Assembly: GCA_963745025.1 (NCBI GenBank)
Contig: CAVUWD010000016.1
Coordinates: forward strand, 320,001 to 384,000
Length of the DNA stretch: 64,000 bases
Source of the DNA: an uncultured delta proteobacterium
Lineage (GTDB): Bacteria; Desulfobacterota; Binatia; JACPRU01
Direction: 5' to 3'
Shown here: piece after piece, positions 18,365 through 28,493 of the stretch
How the letters are laid out: the number at the start of each line of letters is the position of its first letter
Position numbering within the stretch: the stretch's first letter is position 1
Notes under the pieces: generated by a model
What the model saw: only the letters and a program-made list of their open reading frames with translations
Database searches by the model: none
Told to the model about the DNA's origin: nothing
Position numbers and translations under genes: made by a program

Positions 18365-20293
18365 ATGGCTTGGATGGTGACCATCGACAACGGCTCGACC
18401 TTCACCGACGGCTGTCTGCTCGCCGACGGCGAGCTCTCGACCGTGAAGGTGCTGACGACGCCGTACGACCTGATGCGCTGTTTCGTCGACGTGTTCAAAG
18501 GCCTGGCGCGCGAAGCGGGCCTCGCCTCGGAGAGCGAGCTGCTGCGCCGCGTCGAGGAAGTGCGCTACTCGACGACCTCGGGAACCAACGCGCTCTTGGT
18601 GCGCAAGGGCGTTCGCGTAGGCGTCATCACGGGCCCGGACGGAACGGCCGACCTCTACGGGTTGCGTCGCACCGACCCGAGCCTCGTCGATGCGCTGGTG
18701 GGCGACCGGGTCGTCGCCTACGTCGTCGGTGAGGGCCTGGCGCGCGACGTCGACGACCGCATTCTGCCCCCGATCCGCCAGCTGCTCGCGCGCGGCGCGC
18801 AGTGGATCGTCGTGTCCTTGCCCGAGCCGTGGGGGGCGCGCGCCGAGCGCGACTTCAAGCGCAGCCACATGAAGCTTCTTCCCGGGCACCTCCTCGGCTC
18901 CGTGCCCGTGCTCTATTCGCGCGAGATCTGCGCCGATCCGGACGACGCGCGGCGCACCGCCACCGCGATCCTCAACGGCTTTCTGCACCGCGAGATGGCG
19001 CGGTTCCTGTACCACGCCGAAGCGTGGGTGCGGGACCACCACGTCGCCCAGCCACTGCGAATCATGCGCAACGACGGCGCTTGCGGACGCGTCGCCAAGA
19101 CCACCGCGGTCAAGACGCTCGACTCGGGCCCGATGGGCGGCCTGGCGGGTGCCGCGGCACTTGCCCGCATTTCTGGCGAGAGCAAGCTGGTGACGCTCGA
19201 CGTCGGGGGCACGAGCTCCGACATCGGTGTGATCGACGGCGATCGCCCGGCATTCGATCTCTTCGGGTCGGTGCACGGACTGCCGCTGTCGTTCTCGTTT
19301 CCCCAGCTGCGCACCGCCGCGCTCGGCGGGGGGTCGCTGTTCCGGGTCGAGGGGGGAGCGATTCGTATCGGTCCGGAGAGCGCCGGGGCGCTGCCCGGAC
19401 CGGCGTGCTTCGGCCGCGGTGGCAACGAGGCCACGCTGACGGATGCTGCGTTGATCGTCGGCTATCTCGATGCCAAGCGCTTCGCGGCCGGCGCCATCGC
19501 GCTGCGTACGGAGCTCGCCGCCAAGGCGATCGAAGAGCGCATCGCCAAGCCGCTCGGCCTTCAAGGCGCGAGCGCCGGGGCGGCGGCGATGATCGAGGCC
19601 TTCGCCGACCGGCTCGCCGCGGAGGTGTCACTCGTGCTCGGCCGGCGTGGCTGGAAGCCCGCGGACACCGCGCTCGCCGTGTTCGGTGGGTCGGGGCCGC
19701 TGCTGTCCTGCCTCGTCGCCGACCGCATGGGGCTTCGGCGCGTGATCGTCCCGCCCGCCTCGTCGAGCTTCAGCGCCCTCGGCGTCGGCTTCAGCGAGCT
19801 CGCCCACGAGTACCGGGCGCTGCTGACGGGTCCGGTAGCGGCGGACGCCTGGCGGATGGTCGTCGAGGAGCTCCGCGAGCGCGCGCAGCGCGACATGTTC
19901 GGGGAGGGCGTGGAAGGCGTGGAGTGCCGCGTGACGATGCGCGCTCGCGATGAGGACGGTGGCGCGGAGCATGCCGTATCGGATTCCCGCGACCCGCCGG
20001 AATCGCTGCGCGCCGGCAAGGGCCGCTTCGCGCTCGATTACCGCCTCGGCGTGACGGGGAGTGGCCGCAAGGAATTTCCGCGCTGGGCTGCTGAGGGAGC
20101 GCGAGCGGAGCATGCCGGCGAGCGGATCGTGCTCGTCGGACGAGAGACCAGGAGCGTACGGGTGCTCGACGCCGGCGCGCTCGGCGGAACCGTGAGCGGG
20201 CCGTGCCTGCTCGAGACGCCCTTCTGGAGCGCGGTCGTTCCAACCGGTTGGAACGTGGCCGAGACGGGATATGGGCTCCGACTGAACCGATAG
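18365..20293 (+). CDS. apcA: Hydantoinase/oxoprolinase A-type subunit, acetophenone carboxylase alpha-like
   Basis: IDNGSTFTDG, STTSGTNAL, SGPMGG, DVGGTSSDI, GPESAGALPGPAC; first gene of an apcABCDE-like order. Confidence 0.75.
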   Translation: MAWMVTIDNGSTFTDGCLLADGELSTVKVLTTPYDLMRCFVDVFKGLAREAGLASESELLRRVEEVRYSTTSGTNALLVRKGVRVGVITGPDGTADLYGLRRTDPSLVDALVGDRVVAYVVGEGLARDVDDRILPPIRQLLARGAQWIVVSLPEPWGARAERDFKRSHMKLLPGHLLGSVPVLYSREICADPDDARRTATAILNGFLHREMARFLYHAEAWVRDHHVAQPLRIMRNDGACGRVAKTTAVKTLDSGPMGGLAGAAALARISGESKLVTLDVGGTSSDIGVIDGDRPAFDLFGSVHGLPLSFSFPQLRTAALGGGSLFRVEGGAIRIGPESAGALPGPACFGRGGNEATLTDAALIVGYLDAKRFAAGAIALRTELAAKAIEERIAKPLGLQGASAGAAAMIEAFADRLAAEVSLVLGRRGWKPADTALAVFGGSGPLLSCLVADRMGLRRVIVPPASSSFSALGVGFSELAHEYRALLTGPVAADAWRMVVEELRERAQRDMFGEGVEGVECRVTMRARDEDGGAEHAVSDSRDPPESLRAGKGRFALDYRLGVTGSGRKEFPRWAAEGARAEHAGERIVLVGRETRSVRVLDAGALGGTVSGPCLLETPFWSAVVPTGWNVAETGYGLRLNR

Positions 20294-20303
20294 GAGGCGC
20301 CGC

Positions 20304-20663
20304 ATGCAAGTCGTCATTACCGAGTACCTCGAGATCGAGCTCGAGCAGGAGCGCTGGCGTTGCCGGCGCTGCCAGCACGACCTCGGCTCCGCGCGGGACA
20401 ACTACAAGCGTGGCCTGCTGGTCCACGACCGCGATCCCAAGGAGATCCACCGTCCGATCATCGATCCGAAGAAGTATCGCTACACGTTCGCGCCGGATTC
20501 GAAATGGTGCCGGATCCTCGAATACTACTGCCCGGGCTGCGGGGTGCAGATGGAGACGGAATACCTGCCCCCAGGCCATCCACCGACCCACGACATCGAG
20601 CTCGACATCGACGACTTGAAGCGGCGCTTCGCCGGCAACGCGGAGAAGATCGAGAGAGCGTAA
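20304..20663 (+). CDS. apcB: Acetone/acetophenone carboxylase small Zn-binding subunit
   Basis: ITEYLEI, CRRCQHDLG, NYKRG, EYYCPGCG, EYLPPGHP. Confidence 0.85.
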   Translation: MQVVITEYLEIELEQERWRCRRCQHDLGSARDNYKRGLLVHDRDPKEIHRPIIDPKKYRYTFAPDSKWCRILEYYCPGCGVQMETEYLPPGHPPTHDIELDIDDLKRRFAGNAEKIERA

Positions 20664-20688
20664 AGACGTAGACGGAAGGAGAGCGCGC

Positions 20689-22821
20689 GTGCGTCGACTA
20701 TCGATCGACATCGGTGGAACGTTCACCGATTGCTTCCTCGAGTGGGATGGCCGTCACATCGAGGCCAAGGCCCTCACCACTCACCACAACCTTTCGCTCG
20801 GCTTCCTCGAGGCGGTCGGCCGTGCGGCCGAGGACGCGGGCAAGACACCGGAGAGCGTCCTGTCCTCGGTCGATTCGGTCCGCTACGGGACGACGCTCGG
20901 CACGAACGCGCTGATCGAGCGCAAGGGGCCGCGGATCGGCGTGCTCGTCACCGCCGGCTTCGAGAGCGGCCTCCGCCTGTCGCGCGGGCGCGGTTACGGC
21001 GAGGGCCTGCCGCGCCACCTACAGGTCGATCTCGGGCGGGCGACGCGCCCGGATCCTTTGGTGCCGAACTCGCTGGTCGTCGGCATCCAGGAGCGCATCG
21101 ATTTCCTCGGTGAGGTGGTGATCCCGATCAACGTCGAGGACGTGCGCACGAAGATTCGCCGTCTCGTCGACAACGGCGCTGAAGCGTTCGTGATCTCGCT
21201 GGTGAACTCGGTCGTGAACGACAAACACGAAGAGATCGTCGAGCAGGTGATCCGCGACGAGTACCCGTCGAGCCTGCTCGGGTCGTTTCCGGTCATTCTC
21301 TCGCATCGCATCTCGCGCCGCAAATCCGAGTACGCCCGCACGATGGCGGCGGTGATCTGCGGCTATCTCCACGAGCACATGTTCTACTCGCTCGGTACCC
21401 TCGAGGACGCGCTTCGTGAGCGCGGTTACCAAAAGCCGGTTTTGCTGATCCACAACACGGGCGGCATGGCGGCTCTCGAGTCGACCCACGCTCTCCAGAC
21501 CATTCACTCGGGTCCGGTCGCCGGTCTGGCAGCCTCGCAGCACCTGACGCGGGAGTACGACATCCCGCTGATCATCGCGACCGACATGGGCGGTACGTCG
21601 TTCGACATCGGCATCATCGAGCGAGACGGCACCTGGATCTACGATTTCCATCCGGTCGTCGATCGCTGGCTGGTGTCGACGCCGATGGTCTATCTGCAGA
21701 CGCTCGGCGCCGGCGGCGGATCGATCGCGCGCTATGATCGCTTATGGCGCTCGGTCGAAGTGGGACCGGATTCCGCCGGGTCGGATCCGGGCCCCGCCGC
21801 GTACGCCCGCGGCGGAAGCCGGCCGACGGTGTCCGACGCCGACCTCGTGCTCGGTTACCTGAACCCCGAATACTACGCCGACGGCACGATCCCCCTCGAC
21901 GTCTCATTCGCCGAGCTGGCGATCGAAGAACACGTCGCGGAGCCGCTCGGCATCTCGGTCCTCGAGGCCGCGAAGCTCATCAAGCGGAAGGTCGACGCGA
22001 ACATGGCCGGCGCGATTTTCAAAGAGGTTGCGACGCGAGGCTTCGACCCGAAGAACCTGAAGCTCCTGTCCTACGGCGGCGGTGGTCCGGTGCACTGCTG
22101 TGGATTCGCCCGCGCCCTCGAGGCCAAGAGCGTGCTCGTGCCGCCGTTCGCCTCCGTGTTCTCGGCGTTCGGCGCCGGCAATCTCGGGCAGCTGCACATC
22201 CACGAGCGCTCCGCGTACCTGGTCGTCTACAACCCGCTCACCCGCCAGATGACGCTCGACATCAGCATCGTGAACGGCATGATCGACGAGCTCGAGCAGC
22301 TCGGACGCGACGACCTCGTGCGGCAGGGCTTCCAGCCGAAGGACGTTCAGTATCAGGTCGAGTTCGACATGCGCTACGGAAACCAGCTCGTCCAGCTCTC
22401 CGTGCTGTCCCCCGTCAAGAGACTGAAGGACATCGACGACGTGCTGGCGATGATCGAGGTCTTCAGCAAGACGTACGCATCGCGCTTCGGCGCGAAAGCG
22501 TCGGCTCCGGAAGCCGGCATCAAGATCATCGCGGTGCGCGTGCTCTCCTGGGTGCCCGCGGAGAAGATCCCGCTCGCCGGCCACAACGGAGCGAAGGAAT
22601 ACAAGCCGAAGGCGAGCGGCTCCCGCACGTGCCACTTCTGGACGGAGGAGCAGCCGATCGATACGCCGATCTATCGCTGGACCGACATGAAGGCCGGCGC
22701 CGTCGTCGACGGGCCCGCCATCGTCGAATCCCCGCACACCACGTTCGTCGTCGAGTCGGGCTGGGACTTCCACCTGGGCTCCGCGGGCGAAGTGTGGCTG
22801 AACGACATCACGAAGAAGTAG
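20689..22821 (+). CDS. apcC: Hydantoinase/oxoprolinase A-type subunit, acetophenone carboxylase gamma-like
   Basis: IDIGGTFTDC, GTTLGTNAL, HSGPVAG, DMGGTSFDI, GPDSAGSDPGPA. Confidence 0.8.
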   Translation: MRRLSIDIGGTFTDCFLEWDGRHIEAKALTTHHNLSLGFLEAVGRAAEDAGKTPESVLSSVDSVRYGTTLGTNALIERKGPRIGVLVTAGFESGLRLSRGRGYGEGLPRHLQVDLGRATRPDPLVPNSLVVGIQERIDFLGEVVIPINVEDVRTKIRRLVDNGAEAFVISLVNSVVNDKHEEIVEQVIRDEYPSSLLGSFPVILSHRISRRKSEYARTMAAVICGYLHEHMFYSLGTLEDALRERGYQKPVLLIHNTGGMAALESTHALQTIHSGPVAGLAASQHLTREYDIPLIIATDMGGTSFDIGIIERDGTWIYDFHPVVDRWLVSTPMVYLQTLGAGGGSIARYDRLWRSVEVGPDSAGSDPGPAAYARGGSRPTVSDADLVLGYLNPEYYADGTIPLDVSFAELAIEEHVAEPLGISVLEAAKLIKRKVDANMAGAIFKEVATRGFDPKNLKLLSYGGGGPVHCCGFARALEAKSVLVPPFASVFSAFGAGNLGQLHIHERSAYLVVYNPLTRQMTLDISIVNGMIDELEQLGRDDLVRQGFQPKDVQYQVEFDMRYGNQLVQLSVLSPVKRLKDIDDVLAMIEVFSKTYASRFGAKASAPEAGIKIIAVRVLSWVPAEKIPLAGHNGAKEYKPKASGSRTCHFWTEEQPIDTPIYRWTDMKAGAVVDGPAIVESPHTTFVVESGWDFHLGSAGEVWLNDITKK

Positions 22822-22833
22822 CCGGAGGATTCC

Positions 22834-25062
22834 ATGGCCGCTGAGAAGAGCAAGCTCGACAAGTTCCTCGAGGATACCGTCGTCTTCCTCGGACCGGATC
22901 GCGAGATCCTGAAGGATCATCGCCTCGCCCCTCGCGACGAGCGCGAGGAGCGCGTCATGCGGGAGCACAAGGATCCGCACAAGATCAGCCTGATTCGGGC
23001 GAAGCTCGAAGTGCTCGCGGAAGAAGCCTTCGATCAGCTCGAGCAGACCGGCGCGGCGGCGGGTGCAAAGTGGGGAGACCTGATTGCCGGCGTGTTCACG
23101 GCATCGGGCGACCTCGCGCAGGCGTCGACGGGCGGCGTGCTGATCTTTTCGGTCGTCTGCCAGCCGGTGCTCCGCTACATCAACAAGTACTGGGGAAGCG
23201 AGCCGACCGTGGGGATCAGGCCCGGCGACGTCTTCATGTCGACCGACCCGCGCTACGGCAACATCCACACCCCCGACCAGAACACGATCCTGCCGATCTT
23301 CGACGACGAGGGGAAGCTCGTGCTGTGGGTCGTCGTGATCGTGCACGAGGGCGAGAACGGCTCGGTCGAGCCGGGCGGCATGCCCTCGGCCGCCGAGTCA
23401 CCGTACATGGAGGGCATCCGCATGCCTCCCTGCAAGGTCGGCGAGAACTACGAGTACAAGAAGGACTGGGTCACGTATCTGCAGAACAGCGTGCGCGATC
23501 CGATGCTGCAGGTGCAGGACATGAAGGTCCGGCTCGCCGCCTGCCTGAAGATGCGCGAACGCATCAAGGACATCGCGAAGGAATACGGCTGGGACGCGCT
23601 CGCCTCGACGCTTCGCTGGACGCTCGAGGATACCGAGGCCGAGGTTCGTCGGCGTCTCCGGGCGTGGCCGGAGGGCGTGGTGCGCTCCATCGCGTGGACC
23701 GACTCGACGCTGCGCGAGAACGCACTCATCAAGATCTCGCTCGAAGCCAGGAAGAAGGACGACGAGCTGATTCTCGACTTCCGGGGCACGAGCCCGCAGT
23801 TCGTGAACCGCTCGATCAACACGCAGCTGCACGCGCTGAAGGGCATGCTCGCCCAGGTGTTCCTGACGTTCGTCTGGCCCGATCTGCCGCGCAATCAGGC
23901 GGTGTTCGCGCCGATGCGCCTGATGAGCGACTGGGGTTCCGCGCTCGATTCGACGCCGGAGGCGCCGAACGCGCAGAGCATGATGACGTTCTTCCCGGGC
24001 TTCACGGCGCTTCAGATGTGCGTGTCGAAGTTCCTCTATCCCACCACGACGCGCTACACGAAGATCCTCGCGCCCTGGTACAACATGATCACCACGTTCA
24101 TCTACGGCGGCGTGAACCAGTACGGTGAGACCGTCGGCAACCTGTGCGCCGACCTGAACGGCATGAGCGGCGGGGCGCGCGAGGACCAGGACGGCGAGCA
24201 CTCGATCGCGCCGATCTTCGCGGCCATGACCGACCTCGGCGAGAGCGAGATCCTCGAGGAAGAGACGCCGATCGTCAAGATCGTCCCGAACCGGCTGCTC
24301 GAGGACAACCAGGGCTTCGGCAGGTTTCGCGGCGGCAGCGGCTACCAGGTGATCGGCACCGTGCGCCGCTCCGACATGTTCGGCTTCATGACGACGTGCA
24401 CGGGATCGAAGTTCCCGACCACATACGGTCTCTACGGCGGATACGGCGCGCCGTCGTACCCGCTCTGCAAGATCAAGGGAGTCAACGCGTTCGAAACGCT
24501 GAAGGACCTGCCGGAAGCGGAGTGGACGATTCCCGGCCTGATGAACGGTCAACCGTTCGAGGGCGCGAAGTACTCGACGCACCACATGGGCATGCAGTTC
24601 GAGATCGTGAAGCAGGGCGAGCTCTACATGATCTGCCAAGGGGCGGGCGGGGGCTACGGCGATCCGCTCGAGCGCGATCCCGAGGCGGTCACGCGCGACC
24701 TCCGAGACGGGCTGATCTCGGGCCGCACCGCCAAGGAGCTGTACTTCGTCGCCTATGACGAGCGCACGCTCTCCGTCGACGCGGAGGGTACCGAGAGGCT
24801 TCGCCAGGCCGAGCGCGAAGCGCGGAAGAAGCGCGGCAAACCGTTCGACGCGTTCGTCAGGGAATGGGTCAAGCCGGAACCGCCGAAAGACCTGCCGTAC
24901 TACGGCCCGTGGGGCGACCGCGAGGAGATCTACCTCGGCAGTCCGGACAACAAGGTGGCGCGCGGCACCTGCCTGGGGATCACCATGACCGATCCTCGCG
25001 AGGTGCGGATCGCCGAGCTCGAGAAGAAGCTGCGCGATCTCGGCGTCGAGCTCGCGCTATAG
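22834..25062 (+). CDS. apcD: Hydantoinase B/oxoprolinase catalytic subunit, acetophenone carboxylase delta-like
   Basis: DPRYGNIHTPD and HEGENG metal motifs, GFGRFRGG, GGGYGDPLERDP. Confidence 0.82.
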   Translation: MAAEKSKLDKFLEDTVVFLGPDREILKDHRLAPRDEREERVMREHKDPHKISLIRAKLEVLAEEAFDQLEQTGAAAGAKWGDLIAGVFTASGDLAQASTGGVLIFSVVCQPVLRYINKYWGSEPTVGIRPGDVFMSTDPRYGNIHTPDQNTILPIFDDEGKLVLWVVVIVHEGENGSVEPGGMPSAAESPYMEGIRMPPCKVGENYEYKKDWVTYLQNSVRDPMLQVQDMKVRLAACLKMRERIKDIAKEYGWDALASTLRWTLEDTEAEVRRRLRAWPEGVVRSIAWTDSTLRENALIKISLEARKKDDELILDFRGTSPQFVNRSINTQLHALKGMLAQVFLTFVWPDLPRNQAVFAPMRLMSDWGSALDSTPEAPNAQSMMTFFPGFTALQMCVSKFLYPTTTRYTKILAPWYNMITTFIYGGVNQYGETVGNLCADLNGMSGGAREDQDGEHSIAPIFAAMTDLGESEILEEETPIVKIVPNRLLEDNQGFGRFRGGSGYQVIGTVRRSDMFGFMTTCTGSKFPTTYGLYGGYGAPSYPLCKIKGVNAFETLKDLPEAEWTIPGLMNGQPFEGAKYSTHHMGMQFEIVKQGELYMICQGAGGGYGDPLERDPEAVTRDLRDGLISGRTAKELYFVAYDERTLSVDAEGTERLRQAEREARKKRGKPFDAFVREWVKPEPPKDLPYYGPWGDREEIYLGSPDNKVARGTCLGITMTDPREVRIAELEKKLRDLGVELAL

Positions 25063-25065
25063 GCA

Positions 25066-25836
25066 ATGCTCGACGGCCAGCAACGCTCCGTTTGGCTGCG
25101 CGTCGCTGCGGGAATCGAGACGCTCTCGGGCCTCGGCCGAAGTGTCTGGAATGAGCCGGCGGCAGGCCGCAACGCGCTACGTGAGCTACTGTCGGTCTTG
25201 CCGCTGACGCACGTGCAGGTCGACCTCGCGGCTCTACGCGGACGGAGCGATCCCGCGGCCGATTGGAAGGCCGTGTTGTCGCGAGCCGCCGACTGGGCGG
25301 ACGTGCTCCGCGAAACCGCCGCGGCGATGGCGGACGCGGTGCGCGGTCGCGCCGTCTGGGGTCTCGGCATGCCGAGCCCGGCCGCGGTCGCCGAAGATCT
25401 CGGCGACTCGAGCGAGCGCGGCGTGCTCAAAGCGGGTCTGCAGCTCGCGGGCTTCCTGCAGGGATTTCGCGAAGCGGGGCTCGCCTTCGTCGCGCTCGAC
25501 CTCACCAGCGGCGCCGTGGCGGACAAGGCGGTCGCTCCCCTTCTGCGCAACGCCGAGCTGTACGGCTGGCGGCGCGCCGTCGTGCTCGGGGACATCGCAC
25601 AGGCGAGCGCCGGGGCAGAGATCCGTCTCGCCGCCGGGCAAGACTATCAAACGCTGACCGGTGCCTGGGAGCGGGGCGAGCTCATCGGCGGCGGTCTCGA
25701 CGGGGCGTTCTGGGCCGGCCAGCCGCCACCGCGGCCGGCACCGGCGCGTGCGCTCCTCTTCGGCGCGATCCCCGCAGGCCTCGAAGCCGCCGCGATCGTC
25801 GCCGCCGGGCGAAGCCTGCAGGCGTGGATGGCGTGA
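25066..25836 (+). CDS. Hypothetical protein in the ApcE (epsilon) position
   Basis: 256 aa, tightly coupled between the apcD-like gene and the CoA ligase; positional assignment only. Confidence 0.6.
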   Translation: MLDGQQRSVWLRVAAGIETLSGLGRSVWNEPAAGRNALRELLSVLPLTHVQVDLAALRGRSDPAADWKAVLSRAADWADVLRETAAAMADAVRGRAVWGLGMPSPAAVAEDLGDSSERGVLKAGLQLAGFLQGFREAGLAFVALDLTSGAVADKAVAPLLRNAELYGWRRAVVLGDIAQASAGAEIRLAAGQDYQTLTGAWERGELIGGGLDGAFWAGQPPPRPAPARALLFGAIPAGLEAAAIVAAGRSLQAWMA

Positions 25837-25840
25837 GCGG

Positions 25841-27451
25841 ATGCTGAGCCTGCCGACCGAACGCTGGACACTGGTCGAGCTCGCGCGCCGCCAAGCCGAG
25901 AGCTACGGCGAGCGCGAATTCATGCGCTTCGAGGACGGCACCGCGCTCTCCTTTGCCGAGCTCGACCGTCGCAGTACGCGCCTCGCCCATGCGCTCGACG
26001 CGCTCGGGCTCCGCCCGGGCGATCGTCTGCTCGCGCTCTTGCTGAACGGTCCGTCGTTCCTGCCGCTGCTGCTCGCGACCAACAAGGTCGGGGCCGTCTT
26101 CGTGACGGTGAACACGGAGCTCAAGGGGGCATTTCTCGAACACCAGCTCCGCAACAGCGGCCCGCGCATCGTCGCCGTGGATCGCGAGCTCGCCAAGGCG
26201 TTCTCGGGAATCGACCTCGCGGGAGTCGAGTCGGTCCTCCTCGTCGGCGACGGCGGGCCGGGCGTCGAGGCGCTCGAAGGTCCTCGGCTTCTCGACCTCG
26301 ACGCGCTAGAGAGTCCGATCGAGAATCCAAACCCCCTCGTCGAGCCTCTCGCGCGGGACATCGCGACGGTGATCTACACTTCCGGCACGACGGGCCCCTC
26401 GAAAGGCGTGCTCATGCCGCACGCGCACGCCTACCTGATGGGCTACACGCTCGCGCGGCGGCTCGCGATCACCGAGGACGACCTCTACTACGTCTGCATG
26501 CCGATGTTTCACTCCAACGCTCTGTTCATGCAGACGATCGGCAGCTTGATCGCCGGCGCGCGTGTGTTCGTCGTGCGACGCTTCAGTCCATCGCGCTGGC
26601 TCGAGGACGTCCGGCGGACGGGAGCGACGTTGACGAACGGCCTCGGCGTGATGCCCGAGTTCATCTTCCGCCAGCCCCCGAGCGACAACGATCGCCGTCA
26701 CCGCCTGCGCGCGATGATGGCCGTGCCGATCGCCGCCGAGTGGGGACGCGCATTCGAGGAGCGCTTCGGCGTGCCCCTCGTCCAGGGGTACGGCATGACG
26801 GAGATCAACATCGTCGCCTACACGGCTCCCGGAGATGGCGTGGAGCCCGGCTGCGCCGGCCTCGTCCTCGAGGAGTTCTTCGACTTGAGACTCGTCGACG
26901 GCGAGGATCGCCCGGTGCCGGCCGGCCAGACGGGCGAGATCGTCGTACGGCCGAAGCGACCCTGGTGCTTCATGGCGGGGTATCAGCGAATGCCCGAGAA
27001 GACCGTCGAGGCGTGGCGGAACCTGTGGTTTCACACGGGCGATGCGGGGCGTTTCGATGCGCGCGGCCGGCTCTTCTTCGTCGATCGCATCAAAGACTGC
27101 ATCCGCAGACGCGGCGAGAACATCTCGTCGTTCGAGATCGAGCAGGTCATCGGCTCGCATCCGGAGGTCGCCGAGTGCGCGGTCGTGGCCGTGAAGGCGA
27201 CCGACCAAGGTGGGGAGGACGAGATCAAAGCCTGCGTCGTGGTCAAACCAGGCGCGGTGCTCGCCGCCGAAGCGCTCCTCGATCATTGCCAGGAGCGCAT
27301 GCCGAGGTTCGCCGTGCCGCGCTTCGTCGAGTTCGTCACCGCGCTGCCGAAGACCGCCACGGGAAAGCTGCAGAAGGAAGAGCTACGGCGCCACGGTAGA
27401 ACCCCCTCGACGTGGGACCGAGAATCGGTCGGATACGTCGTGCGGCGCTGA
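25841..27451 (+). CDS. CaiC-family acyl/aryl-CoA ligase (benzoylacetate-CoA ligase position)
   Basis: YTSGTTGPSKG, GYGMTE, WFHTGD, IRRRGENISSFEIE, LPKTATGK. Confidence 0.92.
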   Translation: MLSLPTERWTLVELARRQAESYGEREFMRFEDGTALSFAELDRRSTRLAHALDALGLRPGDRLLALLLNGPSFLPLLLATNKVGAVFVTVNTELKGAFLEHQLRNSGPRIVAVDRELAKAFSGIDLAGVESVLLVGDGGPGVEALEGPRLLDLDALESPIENPNPLVEPLARDIATVIYTSGTTGPSKGVLMPHAHAYLMGYTLARRLAITEDDLYYVCMPMFHSNALFMQTIGSLIAGARVFVVRRFSPSRWLEDVRRTGATLTNGLGVMPEFIFRQPPSDNDRRHRLRAMMAVPIAAEWGRAFEERFGVPLVQGYGMTEINIVAYTAPGDGVEPGCAGLVLEEFFDLRLVDGEDRPVPAGQTGEIVVRPKRPWCFMAGYQRMPEKTVEAWRNLWFHTGDAGRFDARGRLFFVDRIKDCIRRRGENISSFEIEQVIGSHPEVAECAVVAVKATDQGGEDEIKACVVVKPGAVLAAEALLDHCQERMPRFAVPRFVEFVTALPKTATGKLQKEELRRHGRTPSTWDRESVGYVVRR

Positions 27452-27473
27452 GCCGGGCGAGTTCGTGACAACT

Positions 27474-27521
27474 CCCCCTCACCCGGCCTTCGGCCGACCT
27501 CGCCCCAACGGGGGGTAGAGG
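27474..27521. repeat. REP-like palindromic repeat overlapping the TetR 3' end
   Basis: CCCCCTCACCCGGCCTTCGGCCGACCTCGCCCC...GGGGTAGAGG with GGCC-TTC-GGCC hairpin. Confidence 0.65.
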
Positions 27522-28210
27522 TGAAAAGACTGGCCGGCGCGTGCTCCACGGGGTGAGCCTCGAGCGCCGCCGGACCGGCGTCGCTCCGGCCGTGTCGGCT
27601 CGCTCTCCGGGTGGAGGAGGCCGTGGCGCAACAGCCGCGACAGCTCGGCGTAGGCTTCGGTCATCGAGAAATTGGCGGCTACGAGAAAGTCCGGCTGAGA
27701 GACGCGTCGGTAGGCATGGGTGAAGACCTCCGCGACGAGATACGGATCGAGCCCGCGAAAGACGCCATGACGAGTCCCGTCGACGACGATCTTGCGGACA
27801 CCTTCCATGCGCCGTCGCTGGTGGTCATCGAGCATTCGCTTGGCGGGCAAGAAGCCGGCGATGTCGCTGAACAGGATGTTGCGCGTCCGCGCGACCTCGC
27901 GGATTCCTGGCGCGAGATAGGCCTCGATACGCGCGGCGGGGTCAGGGGCTGCTGCTGCTGCGGCCTCCCCCTGGCGGCGGATGCGCTCGAGAAAGCGGTC
28001 GAGGACCATCAAGAACAAATCCTCCTTGCTCGCCGCGAGCTCGTAGAGCGTGCGGCGCGAGCAGCGGAGGCGGGCGGCCAGGTCGCCGACGCTGACGCGT
28101 CGAAAGCCCTCGGTCAAGAAGATCTCTTCGATCGTGTCGAGCGTCCGCGCCGCGCGAGACGCGACCAACGACAGGCGCGGAGAGGAGGGAAGGGATTTTG
28201 CTCTTGCCAA
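27479..28210 (-). CDS. TetR/AcrR family regulator (paralog of 17622..18290)
   Basis: IFLTEGFRRVSVGDLAARLRCSRRTLY. TTG start at 28210 inferred by alignment with the paralog N-terminus. Confidence 0.85.
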   Translation of the reverse strand: MARAKSLPSSPRLSLVASRAARTLDTIEEIFLTEGFRRVSVGDLAARLRCSRRTLYELAASKEDLFLMVLDRFLERIRRQGEAAAAAAPDPAARIEAYLAPGIREVARTRNILFSDIAGFLPAKRMLDDHQRRRMEGVRKIVVDGTRHGVFRGLDPYLVAEVFTHAYRRVSQPDFLVAANFSMTEAYAELSRLLRHGLLHPESEPTRPERRRSGGARGSPRGARAGQSFHLYPPLGRGRPKAG

Positions 28211-28234
28211 GGTCGTGCGGTCCGTGGTACGGCC

Positions 28235-28260
28235 GGTACCAGTTTTCGGTAAGTGATACC
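28235..28260. promoter_or_regulatory. Putative TetR operator GGTAC-N16-ATACC
   Basis: Same spacing as 18301-18326, just upstream of the second TetR. Confidence 0.55.
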
Positions 28261-28401
28261 AGACGATCGTCGTACGAGCCCACGCCATTGCCCACGAATC
28301 CGCGCCCGCGCGATGCTGTCGCGGAGCGAGCACGAGACGAGCTTCATCGAGGTGATCAAAGGCGACGGGCAATGATGCGGATGGATCTGAGGGAGATGAG
28401 C

Positions 28402-28472
28402 ACCGGCTACCGGCAACAGGAAAGGCGCCGCTAAGGCTTTGCCGGTAGCCGGAAGTCGGTAGCCGGAAGCCG
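28402..28472. repeat. Inverted heptamer repeat array
   Basis: CCGGCTA-CCGGCAA ... GCCGGTA-GCCGGAA-GTCGGTA-GCCGGAA. Confidence 0.7.
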
Positions 28473-28493
28473 AACTCGCATAGGAGGTACATC

